Source: Magnetococcales bacterium (GTDB lineage: Bacteria; Pseudomonadota; Magnetococcia; Magnetococcales; JADGAP01). Taken from it: a stretch of 24,000 nt of DNA. A program made the position numbers and the translations under genes. Positions 1-7,200 of this stretch are shown one piece after another (within the stretch, counting starts at the first letter, position 1; every line of letters starts with the position of its first letter). Below the pieces are notes generated by a model, which made no database searches, had not been told where the DNA came from, and worked only from the letters and a program-made list of their open reading frames with translations. Location of the stretch: contig JADGAP010000037.1 in NCBI GenBank assembly GCA_015231965.1, positions 1 to 24,000 of the forward strand. The letters are read 5' to 3'.

Positions 1-1
1 C

Positions 2-235
2 GACGGACAGGCCTACGAAAAACACGAAGCCAAGGATCCCATCACCCTCAACACCGGGCTTTTCCGGGTGATCCGGGGCGGCGGCTGGAACAGCGAGGGG
101 GAGCGGCTGCGCTGCGCCAATCGGGGCTTTGAAAACTACGGCGCCCGCCGGGATGACATCGGATTGCGGCTGGTTCTCGCCCCCAAGGTGGAAGAGCGCC
201 GCCGCTACGACCTCAAGGAACTGTCGCCGTTCTGA
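2..235 (+). CDS. 3' end of a formylglycine-generating-enzyme (FGE/SUMF1) domain protein; the 5' end lies outside the window
   Basis: Frame 2 is open from the window edge to TGA 233-235. It reads ...GLFRVIRGGGWNSEGERLRCANRGFENYGARRDDIGLRLVLAP..., matching the RVxRGGSW...R.A.R...IGFRL signature that closes FGE-sulfatase domains. The 129..593 track ORF is in a different frame. Confidence 0.6.
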   Translation, partial: DGQAYEKHEAKDPITLNTGLFRVIRGGGWNSEGERLRCANRGFENYGARRDDIGLRLVLAPKVEERRRYDLKELSPF

Positions 236-320
236 CATGGGATTTGAAAGGCGATGTTTTTGTGCTAGGATGCAACCTGATGATTTATCAAAGCGCCATG
301 GCTGGGGGAGGGTTGACCAT

Positions 321-593
321 ATGAGCCAGGAACCGGAGCGTGAAGAGGGGGGCGCGCCCGATTGCCCGATGTATTATTTTAACGGCGTCTCCGTGACCGT
401 TAACGTCGGTGATTCCAACATGGTTTTATATCTGGATGGGTGCCCGGTGGTTTCTCTGTATGCCTCGCATTCCACTCTTAAGTCCATGTCTATTGGAATC
501 ATGAATCCAATCAAGATGATGGAGCAGGCGATGGGCCAGCCTGTCTTGACTGGGGCGGAAATTGAGCAACGTGCGAAGAAGGTTGATTCCTGA
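321..593 (+). CDS. hypothetical small protein (90 aa)
   Basis: ATG 321 is preceded by GGAGG at 307-311. The longer 129 start would overlap the FGE gene. No motif recognised. It is the first ORF of a packed three-ORF cluster in a less GC-rich stretch. Confidence 0.45.
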   Translation: MSQEPEREEGGAPDCPMYYFNGVSVTVNVGDSNMVLYLDGCPVVSLYASHSTLKSMSIGIMNPIKMMEQAMGQPVLTGAEIEQRAKKVDS

Positions 594-606
594 CAGGTGA
601 CGCGCC

Positions 607-1269
607 ATGAACCATCCCGCCTTGACGAAGCTTAAGGAGTTCGAACATCTGACGGACGGTTGGTGTCACGGTGAAGGCGTCGCCATCGAGCGGGATGTGC
701 TGATTTCGGCCGGTGATCTGCTGGCGAGCATGGCGAGGGGCGGTTTCGATTCCACGGATGTCTTTCCTGGTTTGTCTGGCGAGGTGCGAGTCACCGCCTA
801 TCACAAGAAGCATTATCTTGAATTCACCATTGAGCTCCCGGAAGATATCACCTTTTTGCACGAGTTTGAGCAACAGGAAATGGTCTGGTTGGAGCATCTC
901 TCCCAGGATCAGGCGTTTTCCTTGGTTTTGGATTACAGCTCCAAACTGAAACCTGATCGGTTCCCGGAGTTCTCGATATGTTCGCAAGAATTATTCACAT
1001 CCGATTTTGGGACAAGAATCGAGGCCGCTTTCAGTCCTTGGCATTCAAACCGCCCAGGGGTAAGGCCATCTCCCTTATCCAAAACGACTGTGCTATCCAA
1101 GCCAGTGGTTCAATTTGCAACCACATTCACCGGTTTTACTCTTCGGTCAGCGGCGAGCCGCCCATCTATTGGTTTTTCGACCCAGCTTGGCTTCCCGCAG
1201 ATTTCCCGTCGGGAGACCTTGTCCAAACCCCAAGCGCCACTGGTGATGAGGAGTGTCACTGGGATCTGA
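607..1269 (+). CDS. hypothetical protein; 3' end uncertain
   Basis: ATG 607 has AGGTGA 6 nt upstream and lies 13 nt after the previous stop. The first ~125 codons look protein-like (MNHPALTKLKEFEHLTDGWCHGEGVAIE...). After ~980 the frame turns S/T/P/R-rich with poor third-position GC, while the overlapping frame (978..1391) looks coding. Confidence 0.4.
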   Translation: MNHPALTKLKEFEHLTDGWCHGEGVAIERDVLISAGDLLASMARGGFDSTDVFPGLSGEVRVTAYHKKHYLEFTIELPEDITFLHEFEQQEMVWLEHLSQDQAFSLVLDYSSKLKPDRFPEFSICSQELFTSDFGTRIEAAFSPWHSNRPGVRPSPLSKTTVLSKPVVQFATTFTGFTLRSAASRPSIGFSTQLGFPQISRRETLSKPQAPLVMRSVTGI

Positions 1270-1391
1270 AAATCGCCGAGCGAGAAGCGGAAAAACTGTT
1301 CAAGAGATTTGCGCCGAGCCTGGAAGGTTTCGCCATTTGCGACCCGCGGACCGGCGAACGCCCCTTGGAACCGAACGATCTGGCGGACTGA
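978..1391 (+). CDS. hypothetical protein (137 aa)
   Basis: ATG 978 has GGAG at 966-969 with 8-nt spacing. C-ending codons are preferred throughout. No family recognised. It overlaps the tail of ORF 607..1269 by about 290 nt. Confidence 0.5.
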   Translation: MFARIIHIRFWDKNRGRFQSLAFKPPRGKAISLIQNDCAIQASGSICNHIHRFYSSVSGEPPIYWFFDPAWLPADFPSGDLVQTPSATGDEECHWDLKIAEREAEKLFKRFAPSLEGFAICDPRTGERPLEPNDLAD

Positions 1392-1510
1392 CCGGGATGT
1401 TGGCGAGACGCGCCTTTGCGATGATTGAATCGTTATGAATTTGATGATTCAAGTTTATCTAAAGCCGCCATGAGCGAACGGAGGGCATTGCCATATTTTC
1501 GTGGAGCGGC

Positions 1511-1903
1511 TTACGAGGCGCTGCGCAGCGTCTCTTTTTGCAGGAGGGCGTGGATCGCCTGGGTCAGTTCCGAGGGTAGGAAGGGTTTGGGCAGGACGGT
1601 GGCGGCGCCCAGCAAGGTGGCGGTTTCCAGCAGCAGGTCGGTGTCGATGCCCTTGACCCCGCCGGTCATGGCGATGACCGGGGTGACGATGCGCAGACGC
1701 CTCATCTCCCGCATGACATAAAAGCCATCCCCGTCGGGCATGAAAATATCGGTGATGACCAAGGCGAAGGGGTGTTCCGTCAAAATCCGCAGGGCTTTAT
1801 CTCCGTTGGCGGCTTCCATGGTTTCGTAGCCCGCCTCTTGCGTCACTTCCACCAGCAGCCGCCGCAGGGCGGGGTCATCCTCAATGATCAAGATCGGTTT
1901 CAT
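1511..1903 (-). CDS. single-domain CheY-like response regulator receiver protein (130 aa)
   Basis: MKPILIIEDDP...LVITDIFMPDGDG...PVIAMTGG...LPKPF carries the acidic pocket, phospho-acceptor Asp, T and K of REC domains. ATG at 1903 has GGGAG upstream (complement of 1912-1916). The track start at 1942 adds 13 unlikely residues. Confidence 0.9.
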   Translation of the reverse strand: MKPILIIEDDPALRRLLVEVTQEAGYETMEAANGDKALRILTEHPFALVITDIFMPDGDGFYVMREMRRLRIVTPVIAMTGGVKGIDTDLLLETATLLGAATVLPKPFLPSELTQAIHALLQKETLRSAS

Positions 1904-1941
1904 CTGGAAAACTCCCGGTGGACGAGTGATGGCAACTAACA

Positions 1942-1958
1942 AGCAAAATCTGTTCCAA
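1942..1958 (-). promoter_or_regulatory. candidate sigma54 (-24/-12) promoter for the CheY-like gene
   Basis: The minus strand reads TTGGAAC-AGATT-TTGCT, against the consensus TGGCAC-N5-TTGCW with exact GG-to-GC spacing. It sits about 40-55 nt upstream of the 1903 start codon. Confidence 0.45.
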
Positions 1959-1992
1959 TAATGAAGGTGCGTTCAGCGTGATGTTTTTATTG

Positions 1993-2017
1993 ATATAAGA
2001 CAACTGTTGTCTTATAT
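1993..2017. promoter_or_regulatory. perfect 12-1-12 palindrome, candidate operator/UAS in the divergent intergenic region
   Basis: ATATAAGACAAC-T-GTTGTCTTATAT: arms 1993-2004 and 2006-2017 are exact reverse complements. It lies in the AT-rich gap between the receiver gene and the sigma54 activator gene. Confidence 0.6.
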
Positions 2018-2078
2018 ATTTCGGGAGTGGATTCTCTTTCCTCCCCCATCTGAAACAGGATGTTGACTTCATGTTTCA

Positions 2079-3998
2079 ATGGGGCATGATGGGGATATTG
2101 GCGGCGTTTCTTCGTCTCGAAAATCGTTTGGGAGAAATCCATTGGACAGACGGATCCTGGTGGTGGACGACGAACTTGCGGTGCGGGGCGTGGTGGGGGA
2201 GATGCTCGCCCATCACGGGTGGGAGGCGGCGATGGTCAGCGGCTGGGATGAAGCCCTGGCGACGCTGGAGAACGATCCCCGCCCCCTGGTGTTGAGCGAT
2301 ATCCGGATGCCCGGTCGGAGCGGACTGGAGCTGCTGGGAGAGCTGCGACAGCGCCATCCCGAAACCCTGGTGCTGCTGATGACCGGTTTTCCCGAAATGG
2401 AGATGGTGCGTCAGGCGCTACAACAAGGGGCGTTCGACTTTTTGGTAAAGCCGGTGGACTCGGCGCTGCTGGTTCGGACGGTGGAGCGGGCGGCGGAAGT
2501 CTACCACCTGCGGCGGGAAAAAGAGCGCAACCAGCGCCTGCTGACCGCGATTTTCGAGAGCCTGGGCGAGGCGGTGGCGACCCTGGATCGGGAGGGGCGG
2601 ATCTTGGAACTGAACACCGCCGCCTGGTCGGTGCTGGGATTGGATCGGGAGCGGATCGGCCAAACCCTGGCCGAGGCCTCCCCCGGATTGAGCGAGGCGC
2701 TGGCTGCCCCCATCGCCGCCGTGGTGGGGGAGGGGGCGTCGTTCCGCGACCTCTCCATGACCTTGACCGTGGCGGGGGCGGAGCGTCAGGCGGGCCTCGC
2801 CCTGACCCCGCTGCGACGGAGCGGCGGCGAGGTGGACGGGGTGGTGCTGATCGCCCGGGATGAAACCCGGTTGCACACCCTGGAGCGGCAGTTGGGGGAG
2901 CGGCGGGAATTTTACGGCATGATCGGCGGCAGCCTGCCCATGCAGGAGGTCTACGATCTGATCGAAAAGCTGGCCGACGTGGAGACCACGGTGTTGATCA
3001 CCGGGGAAACCGGGGTGGGCAAGGAGGCGGCGGCCCGGGCGCTGCACGACCGGGGACGGCGGCGGGACAAACCCTTTGTCGCGGTCAACTGCGCCGCCCT
3101 CAACGAGGAGTTGTTGGAGAGCGAGCTGTTCGGCCACGTCAAGGGGGCCTTCACCCACGCCTTGCGGGACAAGCCGGGGCGGTTCAAGGCGGCGGATGGG
3201 GGGACTCTCTTTCTCGATGAGATCGGCGATATCTCTCCCCGCATGCAGGTGCGGCTGTTGCGCGTGCTGCAAGATAAAACCTTCGAGCCGGTGGGGGATT
3301 GGCGCTCCCAGAAGGTGGACGTTCGGGTTCTCGCCGCCACCCACCGCCATCTGGAGGAGTTGGTTTCCCAGGGGGAGTTTCGCGAGGATTTGTACTACCG
3401 CCTCAAGGTGGTGACTCTGGCCATCCCCCCCCTGCGGTCGCGCCGCGACGACCTCCCGCTGTTGGTGGAGCGGATGGTGGCCTCCTTCAATCGCAAGTTC
3501 AACAAGGTGATTCAGGGGGTGGACGGGGCGGTGATGCGGTTGTTCATGACCAGCGCTTGGCGGGGTAATGTGCGGGAGCTGCTCAACGTGTTGGAACACG
3601 CCGCCATTTTGTGCGCCGGTCGCCGCATCGGAGTGGCGGATCTGCCGCTGGAGTTTTGCGTCGCCCGGGAGTCCGACCGGGTGGCGCGGGGTCGTTTCGC
3701 CCCCGCCGCCAACGCCCCGCCGCCGCGGGCCGGTTTTTCTCCCGCTTCCGCCCCGCCGTTGGACGTTCCCAGGGAGCCGTCGCCCTCTCCCGAGCCGACC
3801 TCTTCCCCCGGAGAGACTGGCGAGGGGCATGGGGAGGCGGAAGAGGAGGGGCTGGAGGGTCAGGATGGACTGACCGCCGAGGAGATCTTCCGGGTGCTGA
3901 ACCAGTGTCAGTGGCGGGTGGGGGAGACGGCCAAGCAGTTGGGGGTGAGCCGCAGCACCTTGTGGCGCAAGATGCGTCAGTTCAAGCTGGGGCGATGA
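2079..3998 (+). CDS. sigma54-dependent transcriptional activator (NtrC family): REC-PAS-AAA+-Fis-type HTH
   Basis: REC: RILVVDDE...LSDIRMPGRSG...LVKP. PAS-like: LLTAIFESLGEAVATLDREGRILELN. AAA+: GETGVGKEAAARALH, GGTLFLDEIGD, ESELFGHVKGAFTHA, RVLAATHR, FREDLYYRL. C-terminal HTH: ETAKQLGVSRSTLWRKMRQF. The start is uncertain: ATG 2079 has no SD, whereas TTG 2142 follows GGGAGA (2130-2135) and gives a typical short leader before ILVVDD. Confidence 0.93.
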   Translation: MGHDGDIGGVSSSRKSFGRNPLDRRILVVDDELAVRGVVGEMLAHHGWEAAMVSGWDEALATLENDPRPLVLSDIRMPGRSGLELLGELRQRHPETLVLLMTGFPEMEMVRQALQQGAFDFLVKPVDSALLVRTVERAAEVYHLRREKERNQRLLTAIFESLGEAVATLDREGRILELNTAAWSVLGLDRERIGQTLAEASPGLSEALAAPIAAVVGEGASFRDLSMTLTVAGAERQAGLALTPLRRSGGEVDGVVLIARDETRLHTLERQLGERREFYGMIGGSLPMQEVYDLIEKLADVETTVLITGETGVGKEAAARALHDRGRRRDKPFVAVNCAALNEELLESELFGHVKGAFTHALRDKPGRFKAADGGTLFLDEIGDISPRMQVRLLRVLQDKTFEPVGDWRSQKVDVRVLAATHRHLEELVSQGEFREDLYYRLKVVTLAIPPLRSRRDDLPLLVERMVASFNRKFNKVIQGVDGAVMRLFMTSAWRGNVRELLNVLEHAAILCAGRRIGVADLPLEFCVARESDRVARGRFAPAANAPPPRAGFSPASAPPLDVPREPSPSPEPTSSPGETGEGHGEAEEEGLEGQDGLTAEEIFRVLNQCQWRVGETAKQLGVSRSTLWRKMRQFKLGR

Positions 3999-4002
3999 GC
4001 GG

Positions 4003-4032
4003 GGCGGCGGGGGCGGTTTGATCCCCGCCGCC
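4003..4032. terminator. GC-rich hairpin between convergent genes (possible bidirectional terminator)
   Basis: GGCGGCGGGG (4003-4012) pairs with CCCCGCCGCC (4023-4032) around a 10-nt loop. It lies between the activator stop (3998) and the CDGSH stop (4041). There is no clear U-tract on either strand. Confidence 0.4.
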
Positions 4033-4040
4033 AAGCCGGA

Positions 4041-4265
4041 TTACGCGGGGAGCGTTTTGTGGGTTCCGTCGCAAAAGGGCAAGCCGGCGCTGTGGTCGCA
4101 GGCGCAGACCGCCACGTCGCCGGCTTCGGGCATCTCCACCTTGCGGGGGGTCTTGCCGGTTCCGTTTTTGTGGGAGCCGTCGCAAAAGGGACGGTTGGCG
4201 CTCTGACCGCACAGGCAGACGTAATGGGTTCCGGCGGGCAACGTCAATTTTATCGGCTTGGCCAT
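4041..4265 (-). CDS. CDGSH-type iron-sulfur domain protein (74 aa, two CDGSH motifs)
   Basis: MAKPIKL...CLCGQSANRPFCDGSH...CACDHSAGLPFCDGTH. ATG at 4265 has GAGGAA upstream. The rest of the 496-aa track ORF (to 5531) is antisense to mtfA and is rejected. Confidence 0.85.
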   Translation of the reverse strand: MAKPIKLTLPAGTHYVCLCGQSANRPFCDGSHKNGTGKTPRKVEMPEAGDVAVCACDHSAGLPFCDGTHKTLPA

Positions 4266-4397
4266 GGGGTTCCTCGCAAGGGGGGGGGAGGGGGGCAGAG
4301 AAGATTTTTCGTTCTCCTTCCTCGCAGCATAGCGCATGTTGGGGGCGGGGTTAAGCGTTGCTTCAGGGATGGCTGATTTTGGCGTCGGGGAGGGGTC

Positions 4398-5225
4398 GTG
4401 TTTTTTCGCGCCGGACGAGACAAGACGGAGGAACCCTCCCTGGCGGCGGAAGACGCCCGGCTGTGGCGGGAGTCGGTGGAGGGATTTTTTTTCCTGGAGG
4501 GGTTGACCGAGGCGGAGCATCGGCGCTTGCAGGGGTTGGCGGCGCTGTTTTTGCGAGAGAAAAAATTGGATCCGGTGGGGGGGCTGCGGCTGGAACGCCC
4601 CATGGCCCTGCAATTGGCGGCCCAGGCTTGCCTGCCGCTGTTGCACCGGGAGTGGTCGTGGTACGACAACTGGCGGACGATCATCCTCTATCCCGGGGAG
4701 TTTCTCCCCGACCGATGGGTGGCCGACGAGGCGGGGGTGTTGCATCGTCCGGGGCCCCATTCCGGCGAGGCGTGGCCCAATGGCCCCATCATTCTGTCGT
4801 GGGACGACGTGGCGGCGGACCTGGAAGATGCCGCCGACTATCCCCGCAATGTCGCGATTCATGAAATATGTCACCAACTCGATGTTCGGAGCGGGGGCTT
4901 CGACGGGGTTCCGGAACTGCCCCGGGAGGTGGGGCGGGGGGAGTGGATCGAGACCTTCAACCGGGCCTTCAAGGTCTTTCGCAAACGGTTGGACAAGGGC
5001 CGCGATACCTGGATGGACCCCTACGGCGAGGAGAGCCCGGCGGAATTTTTCGCTGTCGCCAGCGAAACCTTTTTTGTCGATCCCTGGGGGCTGTGGGAGG
5101 ATTTTCCTGAAATTTACGACCTGCTGACCCGCTATTACCGGCAGGATCCAAAGAACCGACGCCCCTTGGAAGAGAATGTGCCCGAGGGCGGCCCGCCGCC
5201 GGGGGATGAATTTTCTTGGGATTGA
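4398..5225 (+). CDS. mtfA: MtfA-like zinc peptidase (peptidase family M90, Mlc titration factor A family)
   Basis: SWDDV...NVAIHEICHQLD (HExxH)...DGVPEL...MDPYGEESPAEFFAVASETFF...YYRQDP matches the M90/MtfA arrangement. GTG 4398 is preceded by GGGGAGGGG. Confidence 0.82.
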   Translation: MFFRAGRDKTEEPSLAAEDARLWRESVEGFFFLEGLTEAEHRRLQGLAALFLREKKLDPVGGLRLERPMALQLAAQACLPLLHREWSWYDNWRTIILYPGEFLPDRWVADEAGVLHRPGPHSGEAWPNGPIILSWDDVAADLEDAADYPRNVAIHEICHQLDVRSGGFDGVPELPREVGRGEWIETFNRAFKVFRKRLDKGRDTWMDPYGEESPAEFFAVASETFFVDPWGLWEDFPEIYDLLTRYYRQDPKNRRPLEENVPEGGPPPGDEFSWD

Positions 5226-5644
5226 ACGCTGGAACCCTCCCCGTCGTCCAATGCGGACGCACGAAGTTGTGGATGATGGATATCCAAGGTCCGCTGAATT
5301 CCCTCCGTCGTTTTTGCGTAGGAATGAGTTCCCCGAAAGAACCCCGTTCAAGCCGCGAGGCGATTGGTCGTCCTTGGAGACTGTCGCGATGACTTGAGCG
5401 GGTTGTGGAGCATTTTTGCGGGTGAAGGCCCGGGGGCGGGAGGCGGGATGGTCGTTTCTCCCCCGGTTTAAGCCTCCCCCCTTCCCCGTGTCCCGATCCA
5501 TCGCGGCATTCCGTGACATGAGCGAGGCCATGGGGGCGGATTTAAGCCCTTGCCAAGCCTGCCCTCTTTCTGTAGAAATCTATTAGTCATTATTCGCGGC
5601 ATGGGTGGATTATTCCCCGCGTTTATCATGGATGGAGCCCCTTC

Positions 5645-6226
5645 ATGAGCCATGTTCCCATACCCCCATGGAACGTCCAAGGCGTCTTGCCGCCTGTCAA
5701 CGCCCCGGACAGCACGTCCATGGATCGTTCTCCCTACCGGGTTTCCCTCATCGAACTGATTGAGCGATTTGCCACCTCCGACGAACGCCGCAACATTTTG
5801 CAAGGTTTTCTGCGTTACCGCGCCGAACTTCACGCCCTGGGGCTGACCCAGGGATTCCAATGGGTAAACGGCAGCTTCGCCGAACAGGTGGAGACTTTGG
5901 AAAATCGTCCCCCAAACGATATGGACGTGGTAACATTTTATGTACTTCCCAGCGATGTGTTGGAGGAGGAACTTGTTCGCCTCAATCCCAGTCTATTTGA
6001 TCATGATCGGATGAAGCAGAAATTCCTCGTTGATAGTTATTATGAGCCATTAAGTGGAATGCCTCCGGAATATCTGATCGAAACGTCCTCCTATTGGTAT
6101 AGTCTGTGGTCCCACCGGCGCACGATGGCTTGGAAGGGATTCCTGCAGATCAACCTAGCGCCCGATGAGGATGAGGCGGCAAACCTCGAACTCATGAACC
6201 GGATGCCGAGCGGAGCCCAACCATGA
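5645..6226 (+). CDS. Pol-beta-fold nucleotidyltransferase-like protein (from memory resembles the DUF6932 type)
   Basis: VNGSFAEQVETLENRPPNDMDVV shows the GS...DxD minimal nucleotidyltransferase signature. The N-terminus GVLPP...SPYRVSLIELIERF..S..RRNILQGF fits that family as I recall it. ATG 5645 has GGAG at 5634-5637. The segment is less GC-rich than its flanks. Confidence 0.65.
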   Translation: MSHVPIPPWNVQGVLPPVNAPDSTSMDRSPYRVSLIELIERFATSDERRNILQGFLRYRAELHALGLTQGFQWVNGSFAEQVETLENRPPNDMDVVTFYVLPSDVLEEELVRLNPSLFDHDRMKQKFLVDSYYEPLSGMPPEYLIETSSYWYSLWSHRRTMAWKGFLQINLAPDEDEAANLELMNRMPSGAQP

Positions 6227-7155
6227 ACATTGAAGAGCACCATCATCTTCTTGCGGAACGCAAGGAATTGACGCGCTTGCTGGAAAAGGCTCCTCCCCAG
6301 AAAGCCATCCTTCGCATGTCCCTTCAGTCGCGGCTGGAGTCGGTGAACGCCGAACTGGGAAAAGCGCCTGCTTCCAAACGCGCCCCCTTCCGCTCCCGCC
6401 TGACGTTTCGTGGCACCCCGGTACTGGGAAGTCACGGCATCCATGCGGCGTTCGCCACCTCCGCCGTGGAAAAAATGACCGACGCCATCGCCGCGTTCGT
6501 CGCCAGTTTCGCGGGTCCGCTGAACGCCAGGGGAGTTCTTCCCAACCGCGACAAAAATCAGTTGATGATTATCGGTACGGCCATCGGTTCGTTTGGTTTC
6601 GAGTTGGAAGAACGGATTACCAACGATGAAATGGCGTTGGATGTTCCATCTCCCGTGCAAGTCGCCACGGAGCAGGTTTGCGATTTGATGCAGGCTTCGG
6701 TCGAGAGTGACGATGATCAGCTTGCGGTGTTGGCTTCAGGGACGGATGAACGTGCAATCAAGGAGTTGCATGGCTTCATCAAGGTGCTGGCGGACAATGG
6801 GGCGGTTTGCAACCTTTCAACTGGAGAGCGTACCTTCGGCTTTCAATCGATTGAACAAGTTCGTCGTAGCTTTGAACGATTGAACCCCGACAATCTTAAG
6901 GAGACAGAGGAAACATTCTCCGGTCAATTCCTGGGCGTCCTTCCGGAAAAGAGAGAGTTTGAATTCAGCGCCTTCCCGGAGAGTCTTTTGATTCGCGGCA
7001 AGGTGAACCGAGTGATCAAGGATGCCTCGGAGATCAACCGGCTCCTGAATGGTCGGTGCCGGATCACCGTCCACGCAACCCGTGCGGGCAAGGGCAGACC
7101 CAGTTATCAGCTACTCGACTACGTCGAGGAACCTTCGTTCAACGACCTGCCGTGA
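6223..7155 (+). CDS. hypothetical protein (310 aa), N-terminal coiled coil, no recognised domain
   Basis: Its ATG overlaps the upstream stop (ATGA 6223-6226), indicating translational coupling. The composition is protein-like throughout and it is convergent with ubiB. Confidence 0.7.
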   Translation: MNIEEHHHLLAERKELTRLLEKAPPQKAILRMSLQSRLESVNAELGKAPASKRAPFRSRLTFRGTPVLGSHGIHAAFATSAVEKMTDAIAAFVASFAGPLNARGVLPNRDKNQLMIIGTAIGSFGFELEERITNDEMALDVPSPVQVATEQVCDLMQASVESDDDQLAVLASGTDERAIKELHGFIKVLADNGAVCNLSTGERTFGFQSIEQVRRSFERLNPDNLKETEETFSGQFLGVLPEKREFEFSAFPESLLIRGKVNRVIKDASEINRLLNGRCRITVHATRAGKGRPSYQLLDYVEEPSFNDLP

Positions 7156-7200
7156 GAAATCAAGCGAAATGGCGCGGAGCGACGGAGGAATTCCCCAACC

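Noticed and set aside
1425-1500. TTGAATC...GATTCAA inverted repeat between the convergent genes at 1391 and 1511, considered as a terminator
   Set aside because: It has only a 7-bp AT-rich stem, a 14-nt loop and no U-tract, which is too weak to call.
1930-1945. Plus-strand TGGCAA-N..-AAGCA, considered as a sigma54 promoter for the activator gene
   Set aside because: The GG/GC spacing is right, but the -12 element is AAGC rather than TTGC. It is largely the complement of the better minus-strand match, so it is probably a by-product of that site.
2418-4034. 538-aa ORF on the minus strand across the sigma54 activator gene
   Set aside because: It is antisense to a gene with unambiguous REC/AAA+/HTH motifs. 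The product is P/G/R/Q-rich low-complexity sequence, typical of open antisense frames in GC-rich DNA.
4266-5531. N-terminal ~420 aa of the 496-aa minus-strand ORF that ends in the CDGSH protein
   Set aside because: This part is antisense to the well-supported mtfA gene and is R/P/G-rich. The CDGSH protein has its own ATG (4265) with a good SD and a typical size of ~74 aa.
5226-5644. Intergenic stretch after mtfA, searched for a tRNA, integrase remnant or direct repeats marking an island border
   Set aside because: I could recognise no tRNA-like T-arm/acceptor pattern, coding signature or repeat matching the 7156-7200 side by eye. A computational repeat or tRNA scan would be needed.
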